DNA of 64,000 nucleotides from Eledone cirrhosa (taxonomy: Eukaryota), in contig OZ024743.1 in the NCBI GenBank assembly GCA_964016885.1, positions 196,478,001 to 196,542,000 on the forward strand. Reading direction: 5' to 3'. Position numbers and translations under genes: made by a program. Under the pieces are notes generated by a model. The model was not told where the DNA came from, did no database searches, and saw nothing but the letters and a program-made list of their open reading frames with translations. Numbering within the stretch: the stretch's first letter is position 1; each line of letters starts with the position of its first letter. Shown here piece after piece: positions 1-15,232 of the stretch.

Positions 1-1799
<1,799 letters not shown>

Positions 1800-2404
1800 G
1801 GTGGCTGCCAACTCGTTTTCGAGTACGGCCACTACTTTATATCCATGTAGGAGAACCCCTACCGATGCGCTGAACGAGTGTGACTTTTTAGTCCAGCCAG
1901 CGACTTGAAAACTCTGGTACAAACACTACACTTGTGACAATTATTGACACATAGTGCTGGGCCCATGGTACCATGTGACGACAAGTGCAGAGAGATCTCC
2001 AGATATAAAGCAATGCTGTGCCGTGAAGCTTTTATAGTGAGCAAAGGCACTGCACAAAGCCAGTCCCACTCTCTTAACCAAGATGATATTTACCAAAAAG
2101 AAGAACAAGTCAACATCATTGGATACCATCAGGGTTGCAGGTGTTATATCAGAGTTTTCCTTCTCCTAGAATTCTGCCTTGACAAAGGCTAAGGGGTCAT
2201 CTCTCCAGTGATTTTGGATGGCCATTGACTCTTAAGAGCTCCTTTGCCCTTTGACAGGTTTTGTTTTTAGTCCTGCAGGATGTCCAAAGTCACCCTCCTC
2301 ACCAAGAAACCTTGGTGGGGTTGCCAGTTTAGTCGCCAACGACCCGACCATGAGACAGGTTGTACTGGGATACATGTTACCAGTAGCACCAACTGGTGAC
2401 CTGA
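1800..2404 (-). mobile_element. Internally deleted RTE-clade non-LTR retroelement (5'UTR fused to C-terminal C2H2 finger and 3'UTR)
   Basis: Minus strand has the RTE-like 5'UTR motif CTAGGAGAAGGAAAACTCTGA (~2148-2170), then [24 protein letters not shown] (ORF 1859-2050), a C2H2 finger like those ending many RTE ORFs, then a short 3'UTR (…CTCGAAAACGAGTTGGCAGCCAC) running into (TA)n. No RT domain is present. Confidence 0.65.
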
Positions 2405-2415
2405 CATATATATAC

Positions 2416-2478
<63 letters not shown>

Positions 2479-2597
2479 CATATATACATATATATATATA
2501 CATATATATATATACATATATATATATACATATATATATATATACATATATACATATATATATATATACATATATATATATACATATATATATATAC

Positions 2598-2650
<53 letters not shown>

Positions 2651-2651
2651 C

Positions 2652-2698
<47 letters not shown>

Positions 2699-2938
2699 CA
2701 TATATATACATATATATATACATATATATATACATATATATATACATACATATATATATACATATATATATACATATATATATACATATATATATACATA
2801 TATATATACATACATATATATATACATATATATATACATATATATATACATATATATATACATATATATATACATATATATATATATACATATATATATA
2901 CATACATATATATATATATACATATATATATACATACA

Positions 2939-2988
<50 letters not shown>

Positions 2989-3118
2989 CATATATATATA
3001 CATATATATATACATATATATACATATATATATACATATATATATATATATACATATATATATACATATATATATATATATATTACATATATATATACAT
3101 ACATATATATATATATAC

Positions 3119-3149
<31 letters not shown>

Positions 3150-3230
3150 CATATATATATACATATATATATACATATATATATATATACATATATATAT
3201 ACATATATATATATATACATATATATATAC

Positions 3231-3277
<47 letters not shown>

Positions 3278-3292
3278 TACATATATATATAC

Positions 3293-3323
<31 letters not shown>

Positions 3324-3376
3324 CATATATATATACATATATATATACATATATATATATATACATATATATATAC

Positions 3377-3453
<77 letters not shown>
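2405..3453. repeat. Interrupted (TA)n array
   Basis: (TA)nCA pattern seen directly. Confidence 0.97.
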
Positions 3454-4013
3454 TATAAAGAAAAAGGGATGAAATCGAAAATGCAACCGAAGTCTTATTT
3501 TTTTTAAAAATATATATATTTATTTGGTTCCTTTACCGTTTCGCAGTTCTTCTGCTTTTCAAAAGGTGAGTTGAGATGGAGGGTCTGTGGTTTTTCTCAC
3601 ATCTGGTTGGTCTCTAAATGTTACTTGTTTTATATGGAAAAACTGGCTCGAAAACCAGGTTTTTCGAGAAGTAATTTGATTGGTTTGTAATAATTATAAT
3701 AAATTTCGCGCCAGTTCGCGTTACAATAGTTCTTCAAATAAGAGAGGGGGGGTTGTCACAGGTTGTTTTTTCATATATGAGTGTTTGAATTTCTTTTTAC
3801 TTGAAAAAATGAGGCTCGCGAAGGCTTTTTTTTGGTTGGTTATAAATGAAATTTGACTGTCACGTGAACAAGTTTCATTACATTTTTGCGCCCTTATTTG
3901 GAAAACTATTCTGTAGTCTTTATAGTGAATGTTATGACAATGGAGAGATAGTGGTCAAGGGAAAAGGGATTGGGAGAAATGTTCTGGTTCAGTGAATATG
4001 GCCAGCTGTCAGA
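3454..4013 (-). repeat. Inverted copy of the PLE 3' pseudo-LTR
   Basis: AAAGAAAAAGGGATGAAATCGAAAATGCAACCGAAG… to …GAATATGGCCAGCTGTCAGAG matches the reverse complement of 7095-7661 with few differences. Confidence 0.95.
3530..3566 (-). ncRNA. Minimal type-I hammerhead ribozyme (U3-A8 core variant), 1-nt deletion in stem III loop
   Basis: Minus strand reads CCTT-TTGAAAA-GCAG-AAGAA-CTGC-GAAA-CGG-TA-AAGG. Confidence 0.65.
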
Positions 4014-4273
4014 GACCCCTGCCCACACAGAGCCTGTTCCAAAACCATAGATCCCAACCCACACAAAGGAACCAAATCTACAACCCGGACTATCAACAAA
4101 CCGAACCTCAATACGTCCGAAACTTCTATACAAGACCACACAACAACAGGGGAAATACCATTAGATATAATAATACCAATGAAAAAACATTCCAGAAAAA
4201 TCATTTTTTAGACCAAGGCTACAGGACTCACGACACCCGGTGGCACAAACCGATTTTGAAAAACCGAAAATAA
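4014..4273 (+). CDS. 5'-truncated upstream ORF of the PLE (N/Q/R/P-rich), overlapping the RT frame
   Basis: Open frame of ORF 3992-4273 downstream of the inversion junction; ends …QKNHFLDQGYRTHDTRWHKPILKNRK*. Confidence 0.45.
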
Positions 4274-6511
4274 TTAACATTTCAAATACAAACCTCTCAG
4301 CCCAACAAGTAAAAATTCTCTCCAAAGGTCTGAAATTCACACCAACACCACAATATCCTAACCCCAACGAGATAAATGACGATATCTCACACTTCTGTAG
4401 AAAATTACGTCTCACAGAGGAATTCTTTGACAAGGAGAAATACGACGAATCAATTGTACGGAATAAAAGCAGCTACAACCCAACAAAAGGTAGAAACAGA
4501 GTTCTGGACAAATTTTGTGACCACATAGCTACCTTCCCATACCATGAACTACCGCAACCTAAACCCAAACCCAACACAAGTCGAAGGGAATGGGAGATTA
4601 TCCATGAACTAAAAAACAATCCGGACATTGTAATTAAGGAAGCGGACAAGGGAAGTACTGTTGTCATTATGGAGGCTGAAAAATATAAAAATTCTATGTT
4701 CTCTCTCTTACAAAATGCTAATTACTATGAAAGAGTAAAAAACTACCAGCAATCAAAAATAATGACCAAATTAAACACACTGATTTATCGATACCAGGAA
4801 GACCTAACTAAAAAGGAACGCGATTATTTAACAAATTTTGAATACAAAACCAGCAACATTTACGGACTTCCGAAGATCCACAAATGTAAAATAATCAACG
4901 ATGCCTGTAAACAATCCACCTTAGCCTGCGTGAACACACAATACCCCCACAGACCTTAAATTAAGACCAATTGTAGCGGGCCCACAATGTGAAACACACA
5001 GATTGAGCAACTTTATAGACATACTACTGAAACCAATACTGAAACACATACCAAGCCTTGTAAGAGACGATCTGGACCTCTTAAACCACCTCCCCAAACA
5101 TGTCAACAACGACACTATTATTGTATCTTTCGATGTAGTGAATCTCTACACAACGATCCCACACCAATACGGACTAGAAGCAATAGGATTCTGGCTAGAG
5201 AAATATCCCAATGAGATACCTGACAGAATAGAAAAAAGCTTCATCACCGAGGGATTAAAATTCATCCTACAGAACAACTTTTTTGATTTCGATAGCAATA
5301 CTTACAAGCAAATATCGGGGACTGCGATGGGCACAAAAGCCGCTCCAACTTATGCCAACTTAGTCATGGCATACTTAGAAGTCCAAATATATGAACAGTC
5401 CAAATCAAAATACGGATTGAACTTCCACAAATATTTATCAGAGAATTGGAAACGCTACTTGGATGATTGCCTCATTCTTTGGTCCCACACACTCGACCAA
5501 CTGAAGGATTTCAAAAACTTAATAAACGGCATCAATAACCACATCCAATTCACAATGGAATACAGCCAAGATCAACTCCCATTTCTGGACATCTTAATCA
5601 CAAAAAAAGACACAAATATCGAAACTGACATACACTACAAACCAACAGATTCCAAACAATATCTGCTATTCACCTCCAACCATCCAAAGCACACGAAGAC
5701 GAACATTCCTTTTAACCTAGCAAGAAGAATTTGCACAATTGTCTCCAATTATGAAACGCGAAATAAAAGACTTCAAGAATTAAAGGAAATTCTACTTGAG
5801 AGAGAGTACCCACTATTACTAATAAATAATGGAATAGAAAGGGCTAAAGCAATAGGCATTGATGAATTACGGAAACAGAAACAAATTCACGGTACGTCCA
5901 ATATTCTATCATATATCTCAACACACAACCCAAGAAATGCGGAAGCTTACAACACTATTCACAATAACATCCCACTACTAAAACAAAACCCAAGAATGAA
6001 AAAAGCCCTTGAAACACACAAAATAATCAAAAGCAAAAGACAACCAAAATCACTGAAAACATTACTCACCAATGCCAAATTACCTACCACAAACCCACAA
6101 CCAAGTATCAAAAAATGTGGTCGCTCTAATTGTGGAACCTGCACTCACCTCATTGAAGGCAACACGTATACATTTAAATCAGGACAAAATTTTACTGTAA
6201 AAAATCACTTCACTTGCTCATCAAAAAATCTAATTTATGCCATTAAATGTAAAGGATGCAATGAAGATTATATAGGACAAACTAAACTCACACTCAGAAA
6301 CAGAATGACAGTTCATCGCCAACAATTACGAGATCCAACCACGAGACAAATACCACTAAGTGCACATCTAGACATTTGCGCAAGTAATAAGACACCCAAA
6401 TTCCAAGTCTTCCCATTTTACCTTTGCGCTAACAATACAACAGAACAAATGCGAATAAATAAGGAAAATATGTTTATTCAAAAATATAGACCAACATTAA
6501 ATAAGGTTTAA
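4204..6511 (+). CDS. PLE reverse transcriptase + Cys-rich linker + GIY-YIG endonuclease (one +1 frameshift in a C5 run at ~4944-4948)
   Basis: Motifs IINISN…LSKGLKFTPTP, IKEADKG, YGLPKIHK, LKLRPIVAG (after removing one C), SFDVVNLYTTIP, GTAMGTKAAPTYANL, RYLDD, LPFLD, HPKHTK, CGRSNCGTC, LIYAIKCKGCNEDYIGQT. Confidence 0.92.
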
Positions 6512-6539
6512 TATACATTATGTCAACACCACAATATGA

Positions 6540-7000
6540 CATACACACACACACATAACACCTACTTTAGAAAATAAAAACCCGAACTAAATAAACCTTA
6601 AACATACGTTTGCACTGGCAATACAACAGCAAACACGAAAAAGTCAGGAAAATATGTTCATTCAAAAATATTCCTACTAAAGGAATCATTTTCCTACACA
6701 CACACATACACACACACAATATATATATATATATATATATTCTCTTCATCTTAACATGCTAACCATACTCCCACACACATAACACCCATACACACACATA
6801 AAAACCCCCACACCTACAACACCCTCCCCATTTCTACTAATAGAACCACTTTCCTACACACATATATATATACACACACACAAAAAATATATATTCTCTC
6901 TATCTAACATACTCGCACACACACACATAACACCCATATACACACACACACAACTCCCTCCCCCATCTCTACTAATAGAATCATCTTCCAATACACACAT

Positions 7001-7035
<35 letters not shown>

Positions 7036-7060
7036 AGCACACAAATAAACACATATCTTC
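6540..7060 (+). repeat. CA-rich degenerate tandem modules in the PLE 3' region
   Basis: CACACATAACACCCATA…CTCCCCATTTCTACTAATAGAA recurs at ~6773-6846 and ~6923-6980, with (CA)n runs. Confidence 0.7.
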
Positions 7061-7094
7061 AGTCTCAATAGAAAATCTGAACTCTGACACCTGA

Positions 7095-7723
7095 ACTCTG
7101 ACAGCTGGCCATATTCACTGAACCAGAACATTTCTCCCAATCCCTTTTCCCTTGACCACTATCTCTCCATTGTCATAACATTCACTATAAAGACTACAGA
7201 ATAGTTTTCCAAATAAGGGCGCAAAAATGTAATGAAAACTTGTTCAGGTGACAGCCAAATTTCATTTATAACCAACCAAAAAAAAGCCTTCGTGAGCCTC
7301 ATTTTTTCAAGTAAAAAGAAATTCAAACACTCATATATGAAAAAACAACCTGTGACACCCCCCCCCCCTCTCTTATTTGAAGAACTATTGTAACGCGAAC
7401 TGGCGCGAAATTTATTATAATTATTGACAAACCAATCAAATTACTTCTCGAAAAACCTGGTTTTCGAGCCAGTTTTTCCATATAAAACAAGTAACATTTA
7501 GAGACCAACCAGATGTGAGAAAAACCACAGACCCTCCATCTCAACTCACCTTTTGAAAAGCAGAAGAACTGCGAAACCGGTAAAGGAACCAAATAAATAT
7601 ATGTATTTTAAAAAAAAATAAGACTTCGGTTGCATTTTCGATTTCATCCCTTTTTCTTTATACTTCCACTCGTGTAGGACACCTCGGTTATTTTTCATTT
7701 TGTAAAAAAAACCTCACTTTCTA
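7095..7723 (+). repeat. PLE 3' pseudo-LTR plus ~60-bp 3' extension absent from the inverted copy
   Basis: Matches the left inverted repeat up to ~7661; 7662-7723 (CTTCCACTCGTGTAGGACACC…CACTTTCTAA) is unique and joins (TA)n. Confidence 0.9.
7549..7586 (+). ncRNA. Minimal type-I hammerhead ribozyme (U3-A8 core variant) in pLTR
   Basis: Stem I CCTT/AAGG; core TTGAAAA; stem II GCAG/CTGC; GAAA; palindromic ACCGGT stem III; GUA cleavage triplet (cut after 7582). Confidence 0.8.
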
Positions 7724-11170
<3,447 letters not shown>

Positions 11171-11248
11171 AGAAAAGAAATAGGACGGTTGTCCCACTTG
11201 CTTCTACTGGACATCACCAGAGGGCGTTAGCCCCCCGGTGTTTGCATA

Positions 11249-11448
11249 NNNNNNNNNNNNNNNNNNNNNNNNNNNNNNNNNNNNNNNNNNNNNNNNNNNN
11301 NNNNNNNNNNNNNNNNNNNNNNNNNNNNNNNNNNNNNNNNNNNNNNNNNNNNNNNNNNNNNNNNNNNNNNNNNNNNNNNNNNNNNNNNNNNNNNNNNNNN
11401 NNNNNNNNNNNNNNNNNNNNNNNNNNNNNNNNNNNNNNNNNNNNNNNN
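11249..11448. other. Assembly gap (200 N)
   Basis: Exactly 200 N, a round scaffolding value; true length unknown. Confidence 0.99.
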
Positions 11449-11510
11449 AGATGGGAAAACTATGTAATCTCGCCTGTCTTCAAGTCCAGCAGTTGCAAGC
11501 GGTGGGAGGG

Positions 11511-11554
11511 ACCGTCCTGACGATGGCCAGTTAAGGCTGAAATGCATAGACGGT
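11511..11554 (+). ncRNA. Minimal type-I hammerhead ribozyme
   Basis: Stem I ACCGTC/GACGGT; CTGACGA; T-GGCC-AGTTAA-GGCT; GAAA; palindromic ATGCAT; AUA triplet. Stem I is extended by GTCCAGCAG/CTGCTGGAC (11484-11577). Confidence 0.85.
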
Positions 11555-11660
11555 TGTACCTCTTGCTTCTGCTGGACATCACCAGAGGGCGTCAGGCACT
11601 CGGTGTTTGCATAGCTACGGCTTCCTAAAACCGTATTTCTTTGGAGATACGAAATATTTA

Positions 11661-12038
11661 TACATATATATACATATACTGTATATATACATCCATACAC
11701 TGTATATATATACATACATACATATATATACATACATACATACACTGTATATATATACATACATACATACATATATATACATACATACATACATATATAT
11801 ACATACATACATATATATACATACATACATATATATACATACATACATATATATACATACATACATACATATATATACATACATACATATATATACATAC
11901 ATACATATATATACATACATACATATATATACATACATACATATATATACATACATACATATATACACATACATACATATATACATATATATACATACAT
12001 ACATATATACATATATATACATACATACATACATATAT

Positions 12039-12095
<57 letters not shown>

Positions 12096-12127
12096 TACAT
12101 ACATACATACATACATACATACATACA

Positions 12128-12158
<31 letters not shown>
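11661..12158. repeat. Compound microsatellite (TACA)n/(CA)n/(TG)n
   Basis: Seen directly. Confidence 0.95.
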
Positions 12159-12675
12159 AGTGTATTTTGGAATACACTGTTTGCTTAATTAAAAGCATTT
12201 CAAAGACTTTACGCTGTTGTTTTAGAATAGTGACAGTCTCACTTACTTTAATTTTCAGCAAACAGGGGAGATAAAGCTGACAGAGCTCTGTTTCGCACTT
12301 TTTGGTGCTTATCAAAGCTAAGTACTCCGCCTGTTTGCTGAAAATCACAAATGTTTGATTCTTATAGAATTCTAGTAATAATCAGGAACTAATTATACAG
12401 AGCGGTTGCCGGTCAAGCAGAAATTGAAAATTAGAATTCGTGCTCTGAAATAGCGATATATATATATATGAATGTATATATAGTGTATTTTGCAATACAC
12501 TGTATGCTTAATTAAAAGCATTTCGAAGACCTTACACTATTGTTTTAGAGTAGTGACAGTCTCACTTACTTTAAATTTCAGCAAACATTCATATACATTC
12601 ATATATATATATATATCGCAAACATTCATATACATATATTCATATATATATATCTCAAGCAGAAATTGAAAATTT
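12158..12675. repeat. Local diverged tandem duplication
   Basis: TAGTGTATTTTG…TTCAGCAAACA at 12158-12264 and 12481-12587; TCAAGCAGAAATTGAAAATT at 12413 and 12655. Confidence 0.8.
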
Positions 12676-13008
12676 AAACGTGCTGCTTTAAACGTGTCTT
12701 GGAGGGAACACCCAACAAATAAGGATCTCTATGGCAATATACCACCTATCAGCAGGTCAATACGTGGACAGAGACTCAGATTTGCAGGCCACTGTTGGCG
12801 CAGCAAGGAAGAAATAGCAGGTGATGTATTGTTATGGAGTCCATCGCATGGAGCAAGAAACGCTGGTCGTCCCAAGAAGACATACGTCAAGCAACTTGAG
12901 GACGATACTGGATGCACTGCGGAAGAACTGGCAAACGCTATGAGAGACAGAGATGGATGGAGGAAACGTGTTGTAGAAAGCCGAGCAAGCTCGACCTGAT
13001 GATGATGA
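12676..13008 (+). mobile_element. RTE-clade LINE 3' fragment with (TGA)n tail
   Basis: VSWREHPTNKDLYG…QRLRFAGHCWR…GRPKKTY…MRDRDGWRKRV…* is a typical RTE post-RT C-terminus, followed by TGATGATGATGA. Confidence 0.88.
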
Positions 13009-13043
13009 ATATATATATATATATATATATTGTATATATATAT

Positions 13044-13230
13044 AATAATTGTTTCTACTTTTGGCACAAGGCCAGCAATTACCCAGTGTATTACTGGTAC
13101 TTTATTTTATCGACCCCATAAGGATGAAAGGCAAAGTTAACCTCGGCGGGTTTGAACTCAGAATGGCAAGGGCCGTAACTCTATGCGTCAAAGCATGGCG
13201 TCCGACCCTCTACCGATACTGCCAATCGCC
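13044..13230 (-). mobile_element. tRNA-derived SINE (Meta/RUDI-like central domain)
   Basis: Minus strand: A box TGGCAGTATCGGTAGAG, B box GAGTTCAAACCC, GCCTTTCATCCTTATGGGGTCGATAAAATAAAGTACCAG; related copies at 14011 and 19430-19980. Confidence 0.85.
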
Positions 13231-13269
13231 AATAATAATATTATTTATACTTATATATACACTATATAT

Positions 13270-13960
13270 AATTATAAACAGGAACCGTCAGTAATTCATT
13301 ACCACCTTATTACCAGTAAGAAAAATAGCTCACTGTAAATACATCAGAGGTTTTACAGAGCCGGAATATAAATTACAGAATAATCAAAACTATGTTCAAA
13401 ACATTTTATTGCTGACAATCGTTTCTTACAAACTTTCGTTTGGAAATCATCGGAGCACTAGCAAAGTTTAGACATATAATTAACCTCCTATTCCACAGAA
13501 CAATTGTAAAGATAGGTAGATATTAGTGTTGTCATTAACAGTGTCATATTTAAAGAATGAAGATGATGTGGTCAGTATCAGTGGATGCGACAAAGATTAT
13601 ACAAGAATAATACAACAATTATAGAGGAATTAAAGAAGAAAGTTACTCGCAAAATGAGGACATTAGCGGTACATATGCAAACGTATAGAAGCAGTGCAGA
13701 GGTATTAGGCATGTACAGAATAACCAGGTAAGAAACAAGCAATGGTACTAAGCATATATATCACAGTATGGCAAAGGTATACACCGACACTCTTTCCACA
13801 ACTTCAAACCTAGCTGTTAGTATATAACAATGTCAGATCTGGATTCTTCACCTCCGTTAATACTTTATCTCTAGGTTTGATCAGCATATAATTGCCCCCA
13901 CAGCATCACATTCTATGATCAGCTCATTCCTCCACTTATCTCCTGTTTATCTCAGATCTT
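13270..13960 (-). mobile_element. Decayed PLE 3' fragment (GIY-YIG remnant plus hammerhead-bearing pLTR)
   Basis: Minus strand ~13920-13830 resembles IECD.CGGNY..QT…RSDI with frameshifts; hammerhead-like motif at 13410-13457. Confidence 0.5.
13410..13457 (-). ncRNA. Degenerate type-I hammerhead ribozyme (U4C)
   Basis: Minus strand: TGCT-CCGATGA-TTTCCAAAC-GAAA-GTTTGTAA-GAAA-CGATTG-TC-AGCA. Confidence 0.6.
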
Positions 13961-14010
13961 ATACTCTACAATAACTATTGGGAATAAACATAAAGTTACC
14001 ACCATTATTA

Positions 14011-14079
14011 TGGCAGTATCGGTAGAGGGTCGGACACCATGCTTTGCAGCAAAGAGTTACGGCCCTTTATGGTCTGAGG
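14011..14079 (+). mobile_element. SINE head fragment (same family as 13044-13230)
   Basis: TGGCAGTATCGGTAGAGGGTCGGACACCATGCTTTG…GAGTTACGGCCCTT. Confidence 0.75.
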
Positions 14080-14094
14080 GGAGACATTAATTTA

Positions 14095-15186
14095 GACCTT
14101 CGCACACATACTGTTTTTAGAAATTTCGTAAATAATATCAGTACTAGAATCTCTAACCTCTCCTCTAATAAGGCTATATTTGACAGAGCGACCCCCTACT
14201 ATAACACGGCATTAGCTAACAGCGGCTTCTCGCAACCAAATACTTACTCCCCCGCAATAAGAAAAGAAATCGTAACAATAGACAAACTATCTGGTTCTCT
14301 CCTCCCCTCTCATTCAACGTTAAAACTAATGTAGGAAAAAGATTTTTTGCCCTCTTAGATAGACATTTTCCGATAGGTCACAAATACCGCTCCATCTTTA
14401 ACAAACACAGAGTAAAACTAGGGTACTCCTGCGCTAAGAATTTGAAGGCCCACATCACCAACAGTCTAAGAGCGGCACCACACCAGGTTGCTCTTGACGA
14501 AAGGTTGAAGCTTATCCCCTTCAACAGCAATGCAACACACCCTCTGTAGTTTATGAAGCTGTGGTCACTTCCAAACGACCAAATCAAACACAGGAGGTCA
14601 AATCCTATGTGGGTATGGCGGAGGACCGATTCAAGGAACGCTTCCAGAACCATCAGTCGACCTTTAAGTACCAGGACAAATGATCATCCACGAAGCTCGC
14701 GAGCCACATATGGTCCCTCAAAGACTCAGGTATAGACTACTCCATTGAATGGAAAGCCATCACTAAGTCCAGGCCATACGGAAGGGGCAATCCGTCTTGT
14801 GGACTGTGTATTGAAGAAAGGATAAATATTCTAAGGAGATTACGCAATAGCGATTGCCTAAATTCAAGAAATGAATTCTTCTCACGTTGTCCACATGTCT
14901 GGAAACACCTCTTACATAACTACAAAGCTCCTGATTGAATAACAACAACATTCTAATTTTCTAATCATAAACTCGAACATTTTATTCCGGACTTTCGCAG
15001 TTATCTCCCTTACACTTTTCGTCCGTGGTTTTGTATCGCTTGGATGAAGTGACCGTTTCTGCGCATGCGCGTTCATACGGTTGTTCTTCCTGTTCCGTAT
15101 AACCATAACCAGTCCGAGCTGAAGATCCGGATAAGGTGAAACAATTGTTCTCAGTATGGTGGACTAACTGTTGTGTTACTACTGCT
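14095..15186 (+). mobile_element. Decayed 5'-truncated PLE of a different clade (Naiad-like): RT thumb, GIY-YIG, pLTR
   Basis: Frameshifted peptides NISTRISNLSSNKAIFDRATPYY, IWFSPP, KTNVGKRFFALLDRHFP, VVYEAVV…SYVGMAEDRFKERFQNH, CGLCIEE, LNSRNEFFSRCPH; hammerhead at 15116-15152. Clade assignment is from remembered motifs. Confidence 0.8.
15116..15152 (+). ncRNA. Minimal type-I hammerhead ribozyme
   Basis: GAG-CTGAAGA-TCCGGATAAGGT-GAAA-CAATTG-TT-CTC; palindromic ACAATTGT stem III; weak stem II. Confidence 0.65.
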
Positions 15187-15232
15187 ATATATATATATAT
15201 AAATATATATAGCAGTAGTAACACAACAGTTA
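15165..15232. repeat. Perfect inverted repeat of the PLE 3' terminus around a TA spacer
   Basis: TAACTGTTGTGTTACTACTGC-(TA)n-GCAGTAGTAACACAACAGTTA. Confidence 0.9.

Larger units (their letters stand above)
3454..7723 (+). mobile_element. Penelope-like retroelement (Neptune-type) with inverted pLTRs, inserted in (TA)n
   Basis: PLE RT + Cys linker + GIY-YIG ORF; 3454-4013 is the reverse complement of ~7095-7661; hammerhead motif in each repeat; TA arrays on both flanks. Confidence 0.93.
11171..11660 (+). mobile_element. Hammerhead-containing repeat (PLE pLTR or non-LTR retrozyme-like), partial direct repeat spanning the assembly gap
   Basis: 11184-11248 is a diverged direct repeat of 11549-11613; a hammerhead lies at 11511-11554; microsatellites flank both sides. 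Confidence 0.65.

Noticed and set aside
3454-7661. DNA transposon with long TIRs
   Set aside because: The internal ORF is a PLE RT/GIY-YIG, not a transposase, and the repeats are hammerhead-bearing pLTRs.
14681-14683. In-frame TGA as possible selenocysteine in the Naiad-like fragment
   Set aside because: Not at an evident Cys position, and the copy has many other lesions; CGA>TGA decay is more likely.
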